Shown here: piece after piece, positions 20,759 to 30,552 of the stretch | Layout of the letters: each line of letters starts with the position of its first letter | Numbering within the stretch: the stretch's first letter is position 1 | Virus record (IMG/VR): IMGVR_UViG_3300014720_000027 | Span: 16,466-80,465 of that record | Length of the DNA: 64,000 nucleotides | Source of the DNA: a virus | Taxonomy: Duplodnaviria; Heunggongvirae; Uroviricota; Caudoviricetes | Direction: 5' to 3' (one strand) | The notes under the pieces: generated by a model | What the model saw: only the letters and a program-made list of their open reading frames with translations | What the model was told of the DNA's origin: nothing | Database searches by the model: none | Made by a program: the position numbers and the translations under genes

Positions 20759-21554
20759 TAAACATATCCTCCCAAGAAACCAAACAATTTGGATCTTCTG
20801 ATTTTAACTCAGATACTCGTTCTAGAAAATTTTTGCTATCAATGCTTCCATCAGAATTTATTTTTGGAGAATTTCCGCCAAGCAGTTTATACAAAGCCGC
20901 CTGAATAATAAAGCTTTTATCGGTTTTCTTTTCGCAATAAACAAATCGTTTTAATTCTATATTTATTCTGTTATGAATTTTTTCTGTAAAATTTTCTGGT
21001 ATATTACAACCACTATCTAAGAATACAATCCATCCGTTCTTACAAAAAGCAAGAGCATCATCTATAGAATCATATATGTAGTCTAGATTACTGGGTGGCA
21101 TTAAAATATTGTACTGTATTATTTTTTCGTTTTTATACAAATTTTCTAATATACTGAAAAGCTCCATATTGTATTCTGCTTTGTCATTTATTACAATCAA
21201 AAATTTTCTAGAGCTTGTTTGATTATTTATAGAATCGACAAGACTCTTAAAAAAATCCATATCGTAGTTAAATTTTACAATAAAAGAAAGTCTAGGTTTA
21301 ACTTCCTCCATCACCTCCTCTTTAGCTTTAGTTAAATTGTTGTTACAATATTGATCCATCCAATCTGCCGGGCGACGAGTATTGCAAAACCTATTAAATA
21401 TAGCGTGTGAGACATTTTCCACTTCTTCAAAATTTTCATCTGGATTTAAAATATGCAGCCTGTTTAAAGAGCATCCATATTGAATATCTTTGCCTTTAAA
21501 ACTAGTGTATTCTGCAAACACACAATCTTTACAAGAAAATTTAATATCGCTCAT
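20751..21554 (-). CDS. Putative GT-A glycosyltransferase
   Basis: LSFIVKFNYDMDFFKSLVDSINNQT GT2-like opening. The fold assignment is tentative. Confidence 0.4.
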   Translation of the reverse strand: MSDIKFSCKDCVFAEYTSFKGKDIQYGCSLNRLHILNPDENFEEVENVSHAIFNRFCNTRRPADWMDQYCNNNLTKAKEEVMEEVKPRLSFIVKFNYDMDFFKSLVDSINNQTSSRKFLIVINDKAEYNMELFSILENLYKNEKIIQYNILMPPSNLDYIYDSIDDALAFCKNGWIVFLDSGCNIPENFTEKIHNRINIELKRFVYCEKKTDKSFIIQAALYKLLGGNSPKINSDGSIDSKNFLERVSELKSEDPNCLVSWEDMFSG

Positions 21555-21967
21555 TCTAATATTCCTACTACAATTGATGTAAAGTTTTTAATTTGTTTTT
21601 GGCTAATTTTAAATCCTGCCAACCTTAATTCGTCTATAATAATGTCTGTACTTACAGCGCATTTTACAGAAGAACCGGCTGGATATATAGCCTCATTAAA
21701 ATCTGTTAATGTAATTGCTCCAGTTGAAAGCATATGTGATAATAACTCTATATCAGTAAAGTAGAGTATAATTTTACCGCCTTTTTTTATTTTCGAAGCA
21801 ATCAGCCTAATTACGTCGGGAACTTCCTTAATATTAAAGGAGCACAAAATGTCATCTACGACAATTTCAGAAGCTTCTCCGTTATCTACTATAATATCCA
21901 AAGAAGACAGATTATTTATCCATAATCTATCTTGATCTTCTTGGTTATGACTAAAGACTATTCTCAT
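21551..21967 (-). CDS. Small methyltransferase-like or truncated domain protein
   Basis: KKGGKIILYF and ILCSFNIKEVPDV resemble the post-motif-I to motif-III region of class I MTases. Motif I is lacking. Confidence 0.3.
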   Translation of the reverse strand: MRIVFSHNQEDQDRLWINNLSSLDIIVDNGEASEIVVDDILCSFNIKEVPDVIRLIASKIKKGGKIILYFTDIELLSHMLSTGAITLTDFNEAIYPAGSSVKCAVSTDIIIDELRLAGFKISQKQIKNFTSIVVGILE

Positions 21968-22944
21968 TGATATAAAACTCCTTCAAATACTTGATTCCAG
22001 CTATTTGTAAACTGATTTAAGTTGTAGTTGTTTAGTATTGTTTCTCTTGCATTATTCCCTAATTTTCTAGCATAACTAGGGTCTAATAGTAATTGTTTGC
22101 AATGATCTTGTAGTTCTTGTGGACTATTTGACAAAAGCCCGTTTTCACCATGTTTAATTATTTCTGGAATCATGCAGGTAGCAGTTGAAACTATAGCACA
22201 ACCACACGCCATTGCCTCCATTAAAGACATTGGAACTGGGGAATGCAGCGAAGTATTTAAAAATATACTAGATTTTTGATACGCTTTTTTTAACTCTGTA
22301 ATTGATTCAGCGGCATCAGACAGGCCCGGATTTTTACCTAAAACTTTGACTGGTAGCTGGTTTGGTTCTACAATGCTTCTCCATAAATTCCACCCACAAG
22401 CCCAATCTCTACTAGACCAATAGTTGACCACAGATAGTAGTGTATTTTCTCTATCCTGATTATTTTCATCGCACCAAAAATCAGTATCCATTCCATGATT
22501 TATAAACTTGGAGTTTGACTCATTATATCCCCAGCTTTTTGAATTAAAGTCTGAAATAAATGTGGTCAGATCAACATCTGCCGATTGAAAAGTCTGAAGC
22601 TGTTGCTGTATGTTATAGCGAACATCTGGAAGGACATGGCAGTGTCTAATAATTGGCACTTGACAATATTCTTTGATATCTTGGGCCACTCTAATTCTAT
22701 CATCAGATGTGTGAACTAAAATAAGATCGAATTCTTCATGATAAGGCAATTGATTTATAATTTTATAATTTTCTGGAATAGCCGCATATGCAGTATCCCA
22801 TTCTTTACCACTTTTTAAGCAAAAGAAATTATGCCCGGTTTTTGCTAGATTAGATTCGTATCGTTCATGGGTTGATCCGACAACAATAATATTTAAAGTT
22901 TTACCCCTTGTTGCGCGTCTAACTATAGATTTAACTAAGTCCAT
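21964..22944 (-). CDS. GT4-family (GT-B) glycosyltransferase
   Basis: MSLMEAMACGCAIVST is the GT4 donor-binding signature. Confidence 0.6.
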   Translation of the reverse strand: MDLVKSIVRRATRGKTLNIIVVGSTHERYESNLAKTGHNFFCLKSGKEWDTAYAAIPENYKIINQLPYHEEFDLILVHTSDDRIRVAQDIKEYCQVPIIRHCHVLPDVRYNIQQQLQTFQSADVDLTTFISDFNSKSWGYNESNSKFINHGMDTDFWCDENNQDRENTLLSVVNYWSSRDWACGWNLWRSIVEPNQLPVKVLGKNPGLSDAAESITELKKAYQKSSIFLNTSLHSPVPMSLMEAMACGCAIVSTATCMIPEIIKHGENGLLSNSPQELQDHCKQLLLDPSYARKLGNNARETILNNYNLNQFTNSWNQVFEGVLYQ

Positions 22945-24061
22945 TTAAAACTTCCTTTATTATATTTCCTATAGAGCTATAAGAAAATTTTTGTTTTGTA
23001 CTATTAGATATTTTTTCTTTATTGTCAATTATATTTTGCCTATTTTCATATGTTGATCTCATGGCAATTCTTAAATACTGGACATTGATATTTTGCCAAC
23101 AGTCTGCCGAGCTTTGTATTTCTGGTAGTGCTGACTGCATATTAAAACAGTCATCTAGACTCGACAACACCCCAATAGAATAGTCTTGAGCATATGTGGC
23201 GGTTCCGGTATCATTGGTATAGATCAAGTTCAATCCTAGTGCCTGAGCCTCTACAGCAGGAATACAGCAAGCTTCTCCGTGGCTAGGGCAAACAAAACTA
23301 TGGCACTGGTTCAAAATAGAAACATAGTCGTGATGTTTTAGATGTCCGCATACGGTTGATATATTTTGATATTTTTTTCTTATTTTTAGCCCGGCCTTTA
23401 CAAAATCATTTAATTTATTAAACTCTTCCATGCATTTATCGCTAGACATATTTGAGCTTAATTTGATAAATAGGTTTATTGGTTCGGAAGGATGAAATTC
23501 AGTATAAAATGCTCTTAATAAAGATATCAAATCTTTTCTATTATTCCACTCTCCAACAAAGCAAAAATTAAAAGAATGCTCTAATTCTGATATAGATGCG
23601 GTTTTTGTTGTTGTTGAATATTTTTTAGGATCAAGGCTGTAAGGAATAACACTGATCGGATTGGATACGCCGCTTCTTATTGAAGCTTCTTTGTTTTGAT
23701 CCGACATTACCCATGAAGCATCTAGCATGTTAATATATTTATGCCATTTGCTATAATGAAAGTCAAAAGATTCTGTGCAATAAAATCCTATATTTTTAAT
23801 TTTAGCATTGTAGTAATAATATTTTGGTAGGCAGTGCTGAATACAAAAATCAGATCCTTGGCATGACCCCTCCTCCATTTGCTGAATAGTTTCACTAATT
23901 TCTTTTTGTGTTCCAAAACTAATTGGTCTAGCAACTACGTCTATGCCAACCGATTTCATAGCCAGCATATTTGCTTCTGCGGCAGAGCCCCAGCCGCTAG
24001 CATCTCGATAATTACCTATATATAAAACTTTCATAAATTTTTTACTCTGTGAGACTCCCAA
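22931..24061 (-). CDS. GT-B glycosyltransferase (GT4-like)
   Basis: IPAVEAQALGLNLIYT resembles the E-A-x-A-x-G motif. Size typical of the family. Confidence 0.5.
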   Translation of the reverse strand: MGVSQSKKFMKVLYIGNYRDASGWGSAAEANMLAMKSVGIDVVARPISFGTQKEISETIQQMEEGSCQGSDFCIQHCLPKYYYYNAKIKNIGFYCTESFDFHYSKWHKYINMLDASWVMSDQNKEASIRSGVSNPISVIPYSLDPKKYSTTTKTASISELEHSFNFCFVGEWNNRKDLISLLRAFYTEFHPSEPINLFIKLSSNMSSDKCMEEFNKLNDFVKAGLKIRKKYQNISTVCGHLKHHDYVSILNQCHSFVCPSHGEACCIPAVEAQALGLNLIYTNDTGTATYAQDYSIGVLSSLDDCFNMQSALPEIQSSADCWQNINVQYLRIAMRSTYENRQNIIDNKEKISNSTKQKFSYSSIGNIIKEVLNGLS

Positions 24062-25656
24062 GTATTATAGTATTCTCTTAAAGTTACTATCTGTTTATAT
24101 GCATCTTGATAGCTAAAAGCTTTCATTTTTAAAGTATCTTTGTTATGATTTTCATTTATATAAAAAGAATTTAAATTTTCTACGGTTGCTTTATAAGTCA
24201 GTTCTTTTACTAAACGTCTCCACAAAAATCCTCCAAGCATCTCTGGCTTATATAAAACTTCGGCAATTAAAAAGTTTGCTTGATCTAGTGGCGATTTTAA
24301 GCTTTCATTAATGGGCTTTGGTTTAATAACTTTGCCCGGGGATTTCCAAGACTGTTCCTCTGGAACAATGTCTAAAGATTTGAAAAGCTCTATCCATTTA
24401 GATGCGGTACTATCCCAATTATATTTGGAGAGTGTTTTTATATAAATTGCACGACCCATTTTTGTTAATTCTTCTTTACTTTTTGATGTTAGAGTATGAA
24501 GAAGTTCGACAAAATATGCATTATCTGGAATAGCTCTTTTGCATCCTGTTTCGGGCTCAATTATAAAGCCTTTGGCGGGAATAGGAAAAGCCTCTATATT
24601 TTTTATAACCGAAGACATGGCGGAATAATCAATAGAACAAACAACGTTTCCGCACTGAGCCGCTTCTAACTGCGGCATCCCAAATCCTTCACTATTTGCA
24701 TATTGTACATAAATATCAAAAACATTATAAACTTTTGCCAATTCTGTTTCTGACAATGGATTATTTATACCGCAAATACCGGAAGTGAAATTATTGCATT
24801 TGTTACAAAATTTAACTATATCGCTAAAAAATGAACAATGAATATGTCCGCATTTAGTACATTTGTACGTAAATAAAACTTTATTAGTTAAGTTATGTTC
24901 TATCAATAAAGCCGGTATATCCCATCCTACATCAGGAAATGACGTATGGCAATAAAGATAAACGTCTTCCCTCTTTGATTCATCTAGAAACTTTCTAAAT
25001 GATGCGAATAAATCAGGGTACAATTTACGCCTTTGATTACGCATGACAGTTCCAATAATATAAGGGGCTGCGTCCATTCCAAACGAATTTCTTAGCTGAG
25101 CCTTCTCTTTTATTGGATAAAAATTAAAAGAGGCACAAGGAGATGCAACCCCTTTAAAATTATCAAACAACCCCTGCTTCTTTAGTGTATCTATACCAAA
25201 TTCGGAATAAGTAAAAATAGCATCGGCCCGGCTATATGTGTCAACCCATTCTATATTTTGAGGTTCTGCATCTACCGTTGGCATTAATGCCAATTTATAA
25301 AAATTTCTAAATGGTGAATTCTGCTCAAACGACACCATCCAAAAGTCTCGGATATCGAAAACAAAGTCCGGCTTAAATGCTAGTAGCACAGAGTTAAAAG
25401 AAAATTCACCAAATTCCGCAGTTGGAGATGATTTATATGCTTCAAATTCTGGTGTTCCTATTTTTGGCTTATTGGGAAATATTCTCCACGGAACATTTTT
25501 AATTTTCGGATCTTCTTCTGAGCAATAACAGGCTAGTTCCGCCACTTCAAATTCCGGAATTTTATTTAATCTAGATAAAACTTCCTTTGAGTAAACAGAA
25601 TATCCCGTAGGCAACTGAGAAAACTCAGTTACCATTAGTATTTTTTTCTTACGCAT
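24031..25656 (-). CDS. Large GT-B glycosyltransferase with Cys-cluster insert
   Basis: PQLEAAQCGNVVCS GT-B motif. CTKCGHIHC...CNKCNNFTSGICG Zn-ribbon-like insert. Confidence 0.5.
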   Translation of the reverse strand: MRKKKILMVTEFSQLPTGYSVYSKEVLSRLNKIPEFEVAELACYCSEEDPKIKNVPWRIFPNKPKIGTPEFEAYKSSPTAEFGEFSFNSVLLAFKPDFVFDIRDFWMVSFEQNSPFRNFYKLALMPTVDAEPQNIEWVDTYSRADAIFTYSEFGIDTLKKQGLFDNFKGVASPCASFNFYPIKEKAQLRNSFGMDAAPYIIGTVMRNQRRKLYPDLFASFRKFLDESKREDVYLYCHTSFPDVGWDIPALLIEHNLTNKVLFTYKCTKCGHIHCSFFSDIVKFCNKCNNFTSGICGINNPLSETELAKVYNVFDIYVQYANSEGFGMPQLEAAQCGNVVCSIDYSAMSSVIKNIEAFPIPAKGFIIEPETGCKRAIPDNAYFVELLHTLTSKSKEELTKMGRAIYIKTLSKYNWDSTASKWIELFKSLDIVPEEQSWKSPGKVIKPKPINESLKSPLDQANFLIAEVLYKPEMLGGFLWRRLVKELTYKATVENLNSFYINENHNKDTLKMKAFSYQDAYKQIVTLREYYNTWESHRVKNL

Positions 25657-25685
25657 ATATTCTCCAAGAAGATTGGCCGGGGTCT

Positions 25686-26012
25686 TTATTCTTTACTAGC
25701 TGGGAATATTTTAAAATGGTTCACTCGAAAATTAATTTTTTGTTTTCTCTCACCCTCTGGCGTGTCCCATTTTTGCTGTCTTGCAGAGGCATCTATAACT
25801 AAATAGTCGCCCTTTTTAGCGTGTTTGTGGATAGTATCGGCTCCCGAATCCCAGATTTCAAAATCTAAATAGTCGTATCTTTTTTTGCTAACACCCTGAT
25901 TATCTTTCCAATTTTCTTCTACGCTTAAAGTAAAAGTTACTAACTTAGTTCCGTTTAGCTCTCTAGCTTTTGGATCGTCGGACAATCTTCCCAAAAAATT
26001 GCAAGTATTCAT
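25686..26012 (-). CDS. ssb: Single-stranded DNA-binding protein (bacterial OB-fold SSB type)
   Basis: MNTCNFLGRLSDDPKARELNGTKLVTFTLSV parallels the bacterial SSB N-terminus (VILIGRLTRDPELRYTPSG..ARFTLAV). Confidence 0.7.
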   Translation of the reverse strand: MNTCNFLGRLSDDPKARELNGTKLVTFTLSVEENWKDNQGVSKKRYDYLDFEIWDSGADTIHKHAKKGDYLVIDASARQQKWDTPEGERKQKINFRVNHFKIFPASKE

Positions 26013-26021
26013 TTCAAACTC

Positions 26022-29000
26022 CTAAATTTGACAAACTTTATCAATTATAAAACCTCTATCTTTTTTATCTTCAGAGGGTTTACCTATTAAAATTACAGTA
26101 TTACCTTCGTATAACAGCCTTTTGAATTGATCATATGTATCTGGAAAAGCTACAACAGAATCTAATGCTGCCGTACTATCAGACACGGACAAGAAAGCCA
26201 TTTTCTTTCCTTTATTTTTTCCTTCTTTTTTAATAATAAATTCGCGGATAGTATTAATTGTGACCCCTATATTTGTTGGACCTTTTACAATTCCTTGATA
26301 AATCTCTTTACAGTCCGCATTGATAATATCAGGATCAGCTATGTCACTAGCAGAACATGTCAAAGAAACACCAAAATAATTTTCTTCCATTCGGGCCATC
26401 CAGCTAATTTCATCGTCTAAAGAGTTGGTCGGATGTTCTAATATTTGTTTAGCCGCTATCAATTTATCTATCCGAGGCTTGGATAATTTAAAATTATTAA
26501 TTAAAACATTGATATGGTGATCCAACCCTTCGGTTGTCTCTATATGATTTTTAATAAATTCAATTTCTCTATCAGTGATATTCTCTTTCCAAACATCGTA
26601 ATCGTAAAGCATTTTATTTCTAGACGGTCTATTTTTTCCATCGAAGCAACCGCTTGAAATTAATGCTATAAAAGCCTTTTTATTTATTTTATTAGAGTAG
26701 AAGGCTAAAATTTCAATCCAGCTTAATTCTTTTGTCTTTTTATTATTTGGAAATGCTTCTATGATTTTATCACATTCTTTTTCTCCAACATCCTTAATCA
26801 AAGAAACCCCGAAGTAAATATTTTTACCAACGGTTGTAAAGTTTTTATAAAAGCTCCCAAGTTTTGGCGGGTAGATTTCTATATTGTGTACTCTAGCATC
26901 ATATACAAGCCCCTTGATTTCTTCTTGGGTATCCTGTTTGCGATTAGCATGATCTAAGTATACTTCATAAAATTTTGTTGGATTTTTTGCCTTACACATA
27001 GCGCTAAGGTAAGAATTTAAGCCGTAAGAATATCCGTGACTCGCATTGAACGAATATCTATTGCTAGCTTCAATCCAATCAAATATTTTAATGGCCTGTT
27101 CTTCATTTAGAACATCTTTTTTCTTACAGCCTTCTAAAAACATCACTTTGACTTTTGCCATAAGATCGGCTAGTTTTTTACCAATGGCTTTTCTAAGGTT
27201 ATCCGCCTCTTGTTCTGTAAAACCAGCAATTTCTTTAGCGATTAACATAGCTTGCTCTTGATAGCAAAGTACGCCATAAGTATTTTTTAACAAAGGTTCT
27301 AAACTAGGGTGTAAATATTCTACCGACTCAAGCCCATGCTTTCTGTCTACATAATGCTGCGTCATTGATTTACCGTCTAGAAACGCATTTAAAGTGCCCG
27401 GTCTAATTAAGCTTACCAGTGCCGCTAATTCTGCTAGGTTTCTAGGTTTGACTCTCTTAGCCCATGTACGACCTAGTTTAGATTCTAGCTGAAATACTCC
27501 AACCGTATCTCCGTCTGATAGTAGATTCCATGCTTCTTCGCAGTTCATATCAGATAAGTCGATATTGCCATGTTCGGCAATTTTTTGTATTTTGCTTAAA
27601 ATGTCTACGCCAAGAATATCAAATTTAACTTGTCCAATAGCTTCCAAATTACCCATTTCAAAACCCACAACAGGGTTTCCATCGCTATCACGAACCATAG
27701 GACAGATATCAGATAGCTTGGATGCGGCAATAATAACACCAGCAGCATGTTTGCCTTGAGTTTTGTATGTACCTTCAAGCTTAATAGCCTTATTAAAAGT
27801 ATCAGCTAGTTCGCCTACGAGTTTACCATGCGCTAACTTGCACCACTTTTCAAACTTTTCTGGTCTATTAATCAAAGCCCATCTAATAATAGACTTGTCA
27901 TCCATTTCTTCTAGTTCGTCAGAAATATCTGCTTCGTCTGGAATATATTCAGTAATAGCATTCATTTCAGCGAACGATAGAGCGTCTTCTATGCTCATTA
28001 CTTCTTTCATCGCAGATCGACCTTGCAATCTGCCAAAAGTCACCATTTGAGATACGTTTTCATGGCCGTATTTATCTTTGATGTATTGAATCACCTCGTC
28101 TCTATGCTCGGAAGGAACATCGGTATCAATATCTGGTAAGCTGCCCTTGCGAGAAGCGTTATAAAACCTAGAGAACAAAAGATTGTATGGAATAGGATTG
28201 ATATTTGTAATGCCAACCAAATACGAAATCAAGCTTCCAGCCGCGCTTCCACGGCCCGGTCCCGGAAGCCAGCCTTTACTTCTTATCCAATTAACGATAT
28301 CTTGCACAATTAAAAAATATCCAGACAAACCGGCCTCTTTGATAATTTCCAGTTCTTCTTTAATTCTAGCCGTATATTTGTCTTTGTCTTCTTGTGTAGA
28401 TACAACTCCTTTCGCTGCAAGCTTTTCCTTCCATCCAATTCTGCAAAGCTCGGTCAGATGTTCAAACTCCCCCATTCCATTCGGGCAATTAAAATGTGGT
28501 AATATTGGAGAGCTTAGAATGTTATATTCTTCACACATATCCACAATTTTACCGGCGTTACTAATTTCTTCCTCTGTGTGCAAAGACAGAATATCTTCGG
28601 GCGAAGGGATATGATAGTTATTTGATGTAAAAAAACATCTTAAAGGGACTTTACCCTTTTTCTGCAATGTTTTCTGTACCTGCGGTAATTTTAATCTAAG
28701 CGATGAACAAATCAATATTCTTTGATATATCGCATCTTCTCTGTCTACATAATGGCTATCACCAGTAGCCACAGTTGGAATATTTAATTCTGAGCCGATT
28801 TCGCGTAGACATTCTCCAATAACCGCTGCGGCAAAAAGATGATCTTTATCAATAAGCTGAATCTCTAAAAAGAAATTGTCTCCAAATATTTCTAGATACT
28901 TATCAATAACAAAGCGGCAGTCTTCTTTCCACATGGGTTTTAAGAATGCTTTAGCCTCTTCATAAGACTCGGCATCAAAAACATCATTACAAAAAAATAA

Positions 29001-29456
29001 AGATTCTGAAATAGCAGTACCCGGATGCCCTGAAATACAAATATGATTCCCGTTGCCCAAGTACTGCTTCATCATATCATAATCTATTCGCGGTTTATGA
29101 TAAAAATTTTCTTTAAGATTACTTGCCGATACACACTGAATAAGCTCTCTCCATCCTTGCAAGTTTTTAGCTAAAATAACGACATGGTTTAATTTTTTGG
29201 TTCTTTCTTTTACATCATCACAAATATAAAATTCGCAACCAAGAATTGGTTTTACGCCCTTCTTCTTACACTCTGTAAAAAAGTCTACACAACCAGCAAT
29301 AGAGCCGTGATCTGTTAAAGCACAAGCTTTATAGCCATAGTCTTTACAACGAGCAGCAATATCTTCTGGCTTTGAAAATCCGTCCAAAAGAGACCCTACG
29401 CATGAATGATTGTGGAGGGGCACCCATTTTGGTTGAATGTTGTTACTTGTTTGCAT
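26022..29456 (-). CDS. dnaE: DNA polymerase III alpha-subunit-like replicative polymerase with PHP domain
   Basis: N-terminal PHP motifs (WVPLHNHSCVGSLLDG, ALTDHGSIAG). Length 1144 aa with colinear Pol III alpha architecture. Sits at the head of the replication module. Confidence 0.9.
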   Translation of the reverse strand: MQTSNNIQPKWVPLHNHSCVGSLLDGFSKPEDIAARCKDYGYKACALTDHGSIAGCVDFFTECKKKGVKPILGCEFYICDDVKERTKKLNHVVILAKNLQGWRELIQCVSASNLKENFYHKPRIDYDMMKQYLGNGNHICISGHPGTAISESLFFCNDVFDAESYEEAKAFLKPMWKEDCRFVIDKYLEIFGDNFFLEIQLIDKDHLFAAAVIGECLREIGSELNIPTVATGDSHYVDREDAIYQRILICSSLRLKLPQVQKTLQKKGKVPLRCFFTSNNYHIPSPEDILSLHTEEEISNAGKIVDMCEEYNILSSPILPHFNCPNGMGEFEHLTELCRIGWKEKLAAKGVVSTQEDKDKYTARIKEELEIIKEAGLSGYFLIVQDIVNWIRSKGWLPGPGRGSAAGSLISYLVGITNINPIPYNLLFSRFYNASRKGSLPDIDTDVPSEHRDEVIQYIKDKYGHENVSQMVTFGRLQGRSAMKEVMSIEDALSFAEMNAITEYIPDEADISDELEEMDDKSIIRWALINRPEKFEKWCKLAHGKLVGELADTFNKAIKLEGTYKTQGKHAAGVIIAASKLSDICPMVRDSDGNPVVGFEMGNLEAIGQVKFDILGVDILSKIQKIAEHGNIDLSDMNCEEAWNLLSDGDTVGVFQLESKLGRTWAKRVKPRNLAELAALVSLIRPGTLNAFLDGKSMTQHYVDRKHGLESVEYLHPSLEPLLKNTYGVLCYQEQAMLIAKEIAGFTEQEADNLRKAIGKKLADLMAKVKVMFLEGCKKKDVLNEEQAIKIFDWIEASNRYSFNASHGYSYGLNSYLSAMCKAKNPTKFYEVYLDHANRKQDTQEEIKGLVYDARVHNIEIYPPKLGSFYKNFTTVGKNIYFGVSLIKDVGEKECDKIIEAFPNNKKTKELSWIEILAFYSNKINKKAFIALISSGCFDGKNRPSRNKMLYDYDVWKENITDREIEFIKNHIETTEGLDHHINVLINNFKLSKPRIDKLIAAKQILEHPTNSLDDEISWMARMEENYFGVSLTCSASDIADPDIINADCKEIYQGIVKGPTNIGVTINTIREFIIKKEGKNKGKKMAFLSVSDSTAALDSVVAFPDTYDQFKRLLYEGNTVILIGKPSEDKKDRGFIIDKVCQI

Positions 29457-30469
29457 AATTCTTTGTATCTTTCTATAGTTAAATCTTTTCTTGATAAATT
29501 AATGTTTTTGTGAACTATTTGTATGTTGTCTATTGTATAATCTTTAGAATTATCTATTCTATCTACGGAAGCCGTTTGTTTTCTTTGTCTGTATTCTAAG
29601 TAATTATTAGCAAATACTATAGGAACACCACTAAGAGCACAAACCCCACCTTGGTTACAATAAATTGTTTGTATTGTTTCAATAGTTATATCTACATATC
29701 TACCACGACGTATTGCATTACTAATTATATCTTTAAAATACGAAGTGCATATAATAGGTTTTATTTTGATTTCTTTAAAATTATTATTAAAGCTATGTAC
29801 TAATTTACACTGATCTATAAAATCTTTCACACTATGGCTCGACTTAATTTTATTAATATCTTTATGTGATATCGCGATATTGTCTTGGGTATAAAATAAG
29901 CTACTATCTATTCTGTCTATAGAAGCTGTTTCGTGATACAGTTGAAAATCAATATCTATCCCAGACAAATAACATTTTTTATTTTGTAATATGTATCTAT
30001 CCCAAATATCTTGAATAGTAATATCAAAAAAAATATTTCTTTTATTCGCACAATACCTAACTGATGAAAAAAAATTACCACTAATTTCTTCGTATCCTGA
30101 CCATCTTTTACATAAATTTTGTTTAACTTTTTTTAAACATCCACAACTTTTAGTTGAACCATTTTTAAGTCGAGATGTAGGAACTTTAGTAGCGTTTCCG
30201 CAATCACAACAACATTCCCAATAAAAAGTCCCGTTTTTACTTTTACCAACTGTTTTTATAAGTGTTAGTTTACCAAACTTATCGCCGGATTGTAGCTGTC
30301 CAGTTCTATCTTGTTGTGTAATGTTGTACAACTTTAAATATCTGTATATTGTATGCGGTGTAACCTTAAACTGTTTGGCTAGATCTTGTGGTGACTTTTG
30401 ATTATCTATATATTCTACTATAAGAATATCTTTTGTCAAGATGGATTCGTACCGATTTTGATATTTCAT
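29396..30469 (-). CDS. HNH-family homing endonuclease with N-terminal HTH and tandem nuclease-associated modules
   Basis: HTH (PQDLAKQFKVTPHTIYRYLKLYN). Two repeated modules ASIDRIDSS...DNIAISHKDIN and ASVDRIDNSKDYTIDNIQIVHKNIN typical of the HNH_3 family. Cys cluster CCCDCG...CGC. Inserted between dnaE and the exonuclease. Its 3' end overlaps the dnaE start by 61 nt. Confidence 0.6.
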   Translation of the reverse strand: MKYQNRYESILTKDILIVEYIDNQKSPQDLAKQFKVTPHTIYRYLKLYNITQQDRTGQLQSGDKFGKLTLIKTVGKSKNGTFYWECCCDCGNATKVPTSRLKNGSTKSCGCLKKVKQNLCKRWSGYEEISGNFFSSVRYCANKRNIFFDITIQDIWDRYILQNKKCYLSGIDIDFQLYHETASIDRIDSSLFYTQDNIAISHKDINKIKSSHSVKDFIDQCKLVHSFNNNFKEIKIKPIICTSYFKDIISNAIRRGRYVDITIETIQTIYCNQGGVCALSGVPIVFANNYLEYRQRKQTASVDRIDNSKDYTIDNIQIVHKNINLSRKDLTIERYKELCKQVTTFNQNGCPSTIIHA

Positions 30470-30486
30470 AATAACACCCTCCTATT

Positions 30487-30494
30487 TATTTATA
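30487..30494 (-). promoter_or_regulatory. TATAAATA (T4-late-promoter-like) motif upstream of the HNH/dnaE operon
   Basis: Exact TATAAATA on the - strand about 20 nt upstream of an AGGAGG RBS and the ATG at 30469. This is the only exact instance I found upstream of a gene start. Confidence 0.3.
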
Positions 30495-30552
30495 CACAAA
30501 TAGAAAGGTGTGTATGATTATGTAACGAGAATTATATTAAATTAAACCCAGT

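Noticed and set aside
27046-28614. Several + strand ORFs (64-143 aa) inside dnaE
   Set aside because: Antisense to a well-supported 1144-aa polymerase gene. Ser/Leu/Ile-rich composition is typical of spurious antisense ORFs. The same applies to small + strand ORFs inside fcl, the RNR, RecA, the peptidase and the 269-aa gene, and to - strand ORFs inside the + strand structural genes (521-724, 914-1114, 2027-2308, 4332-4529, 4990-5241).
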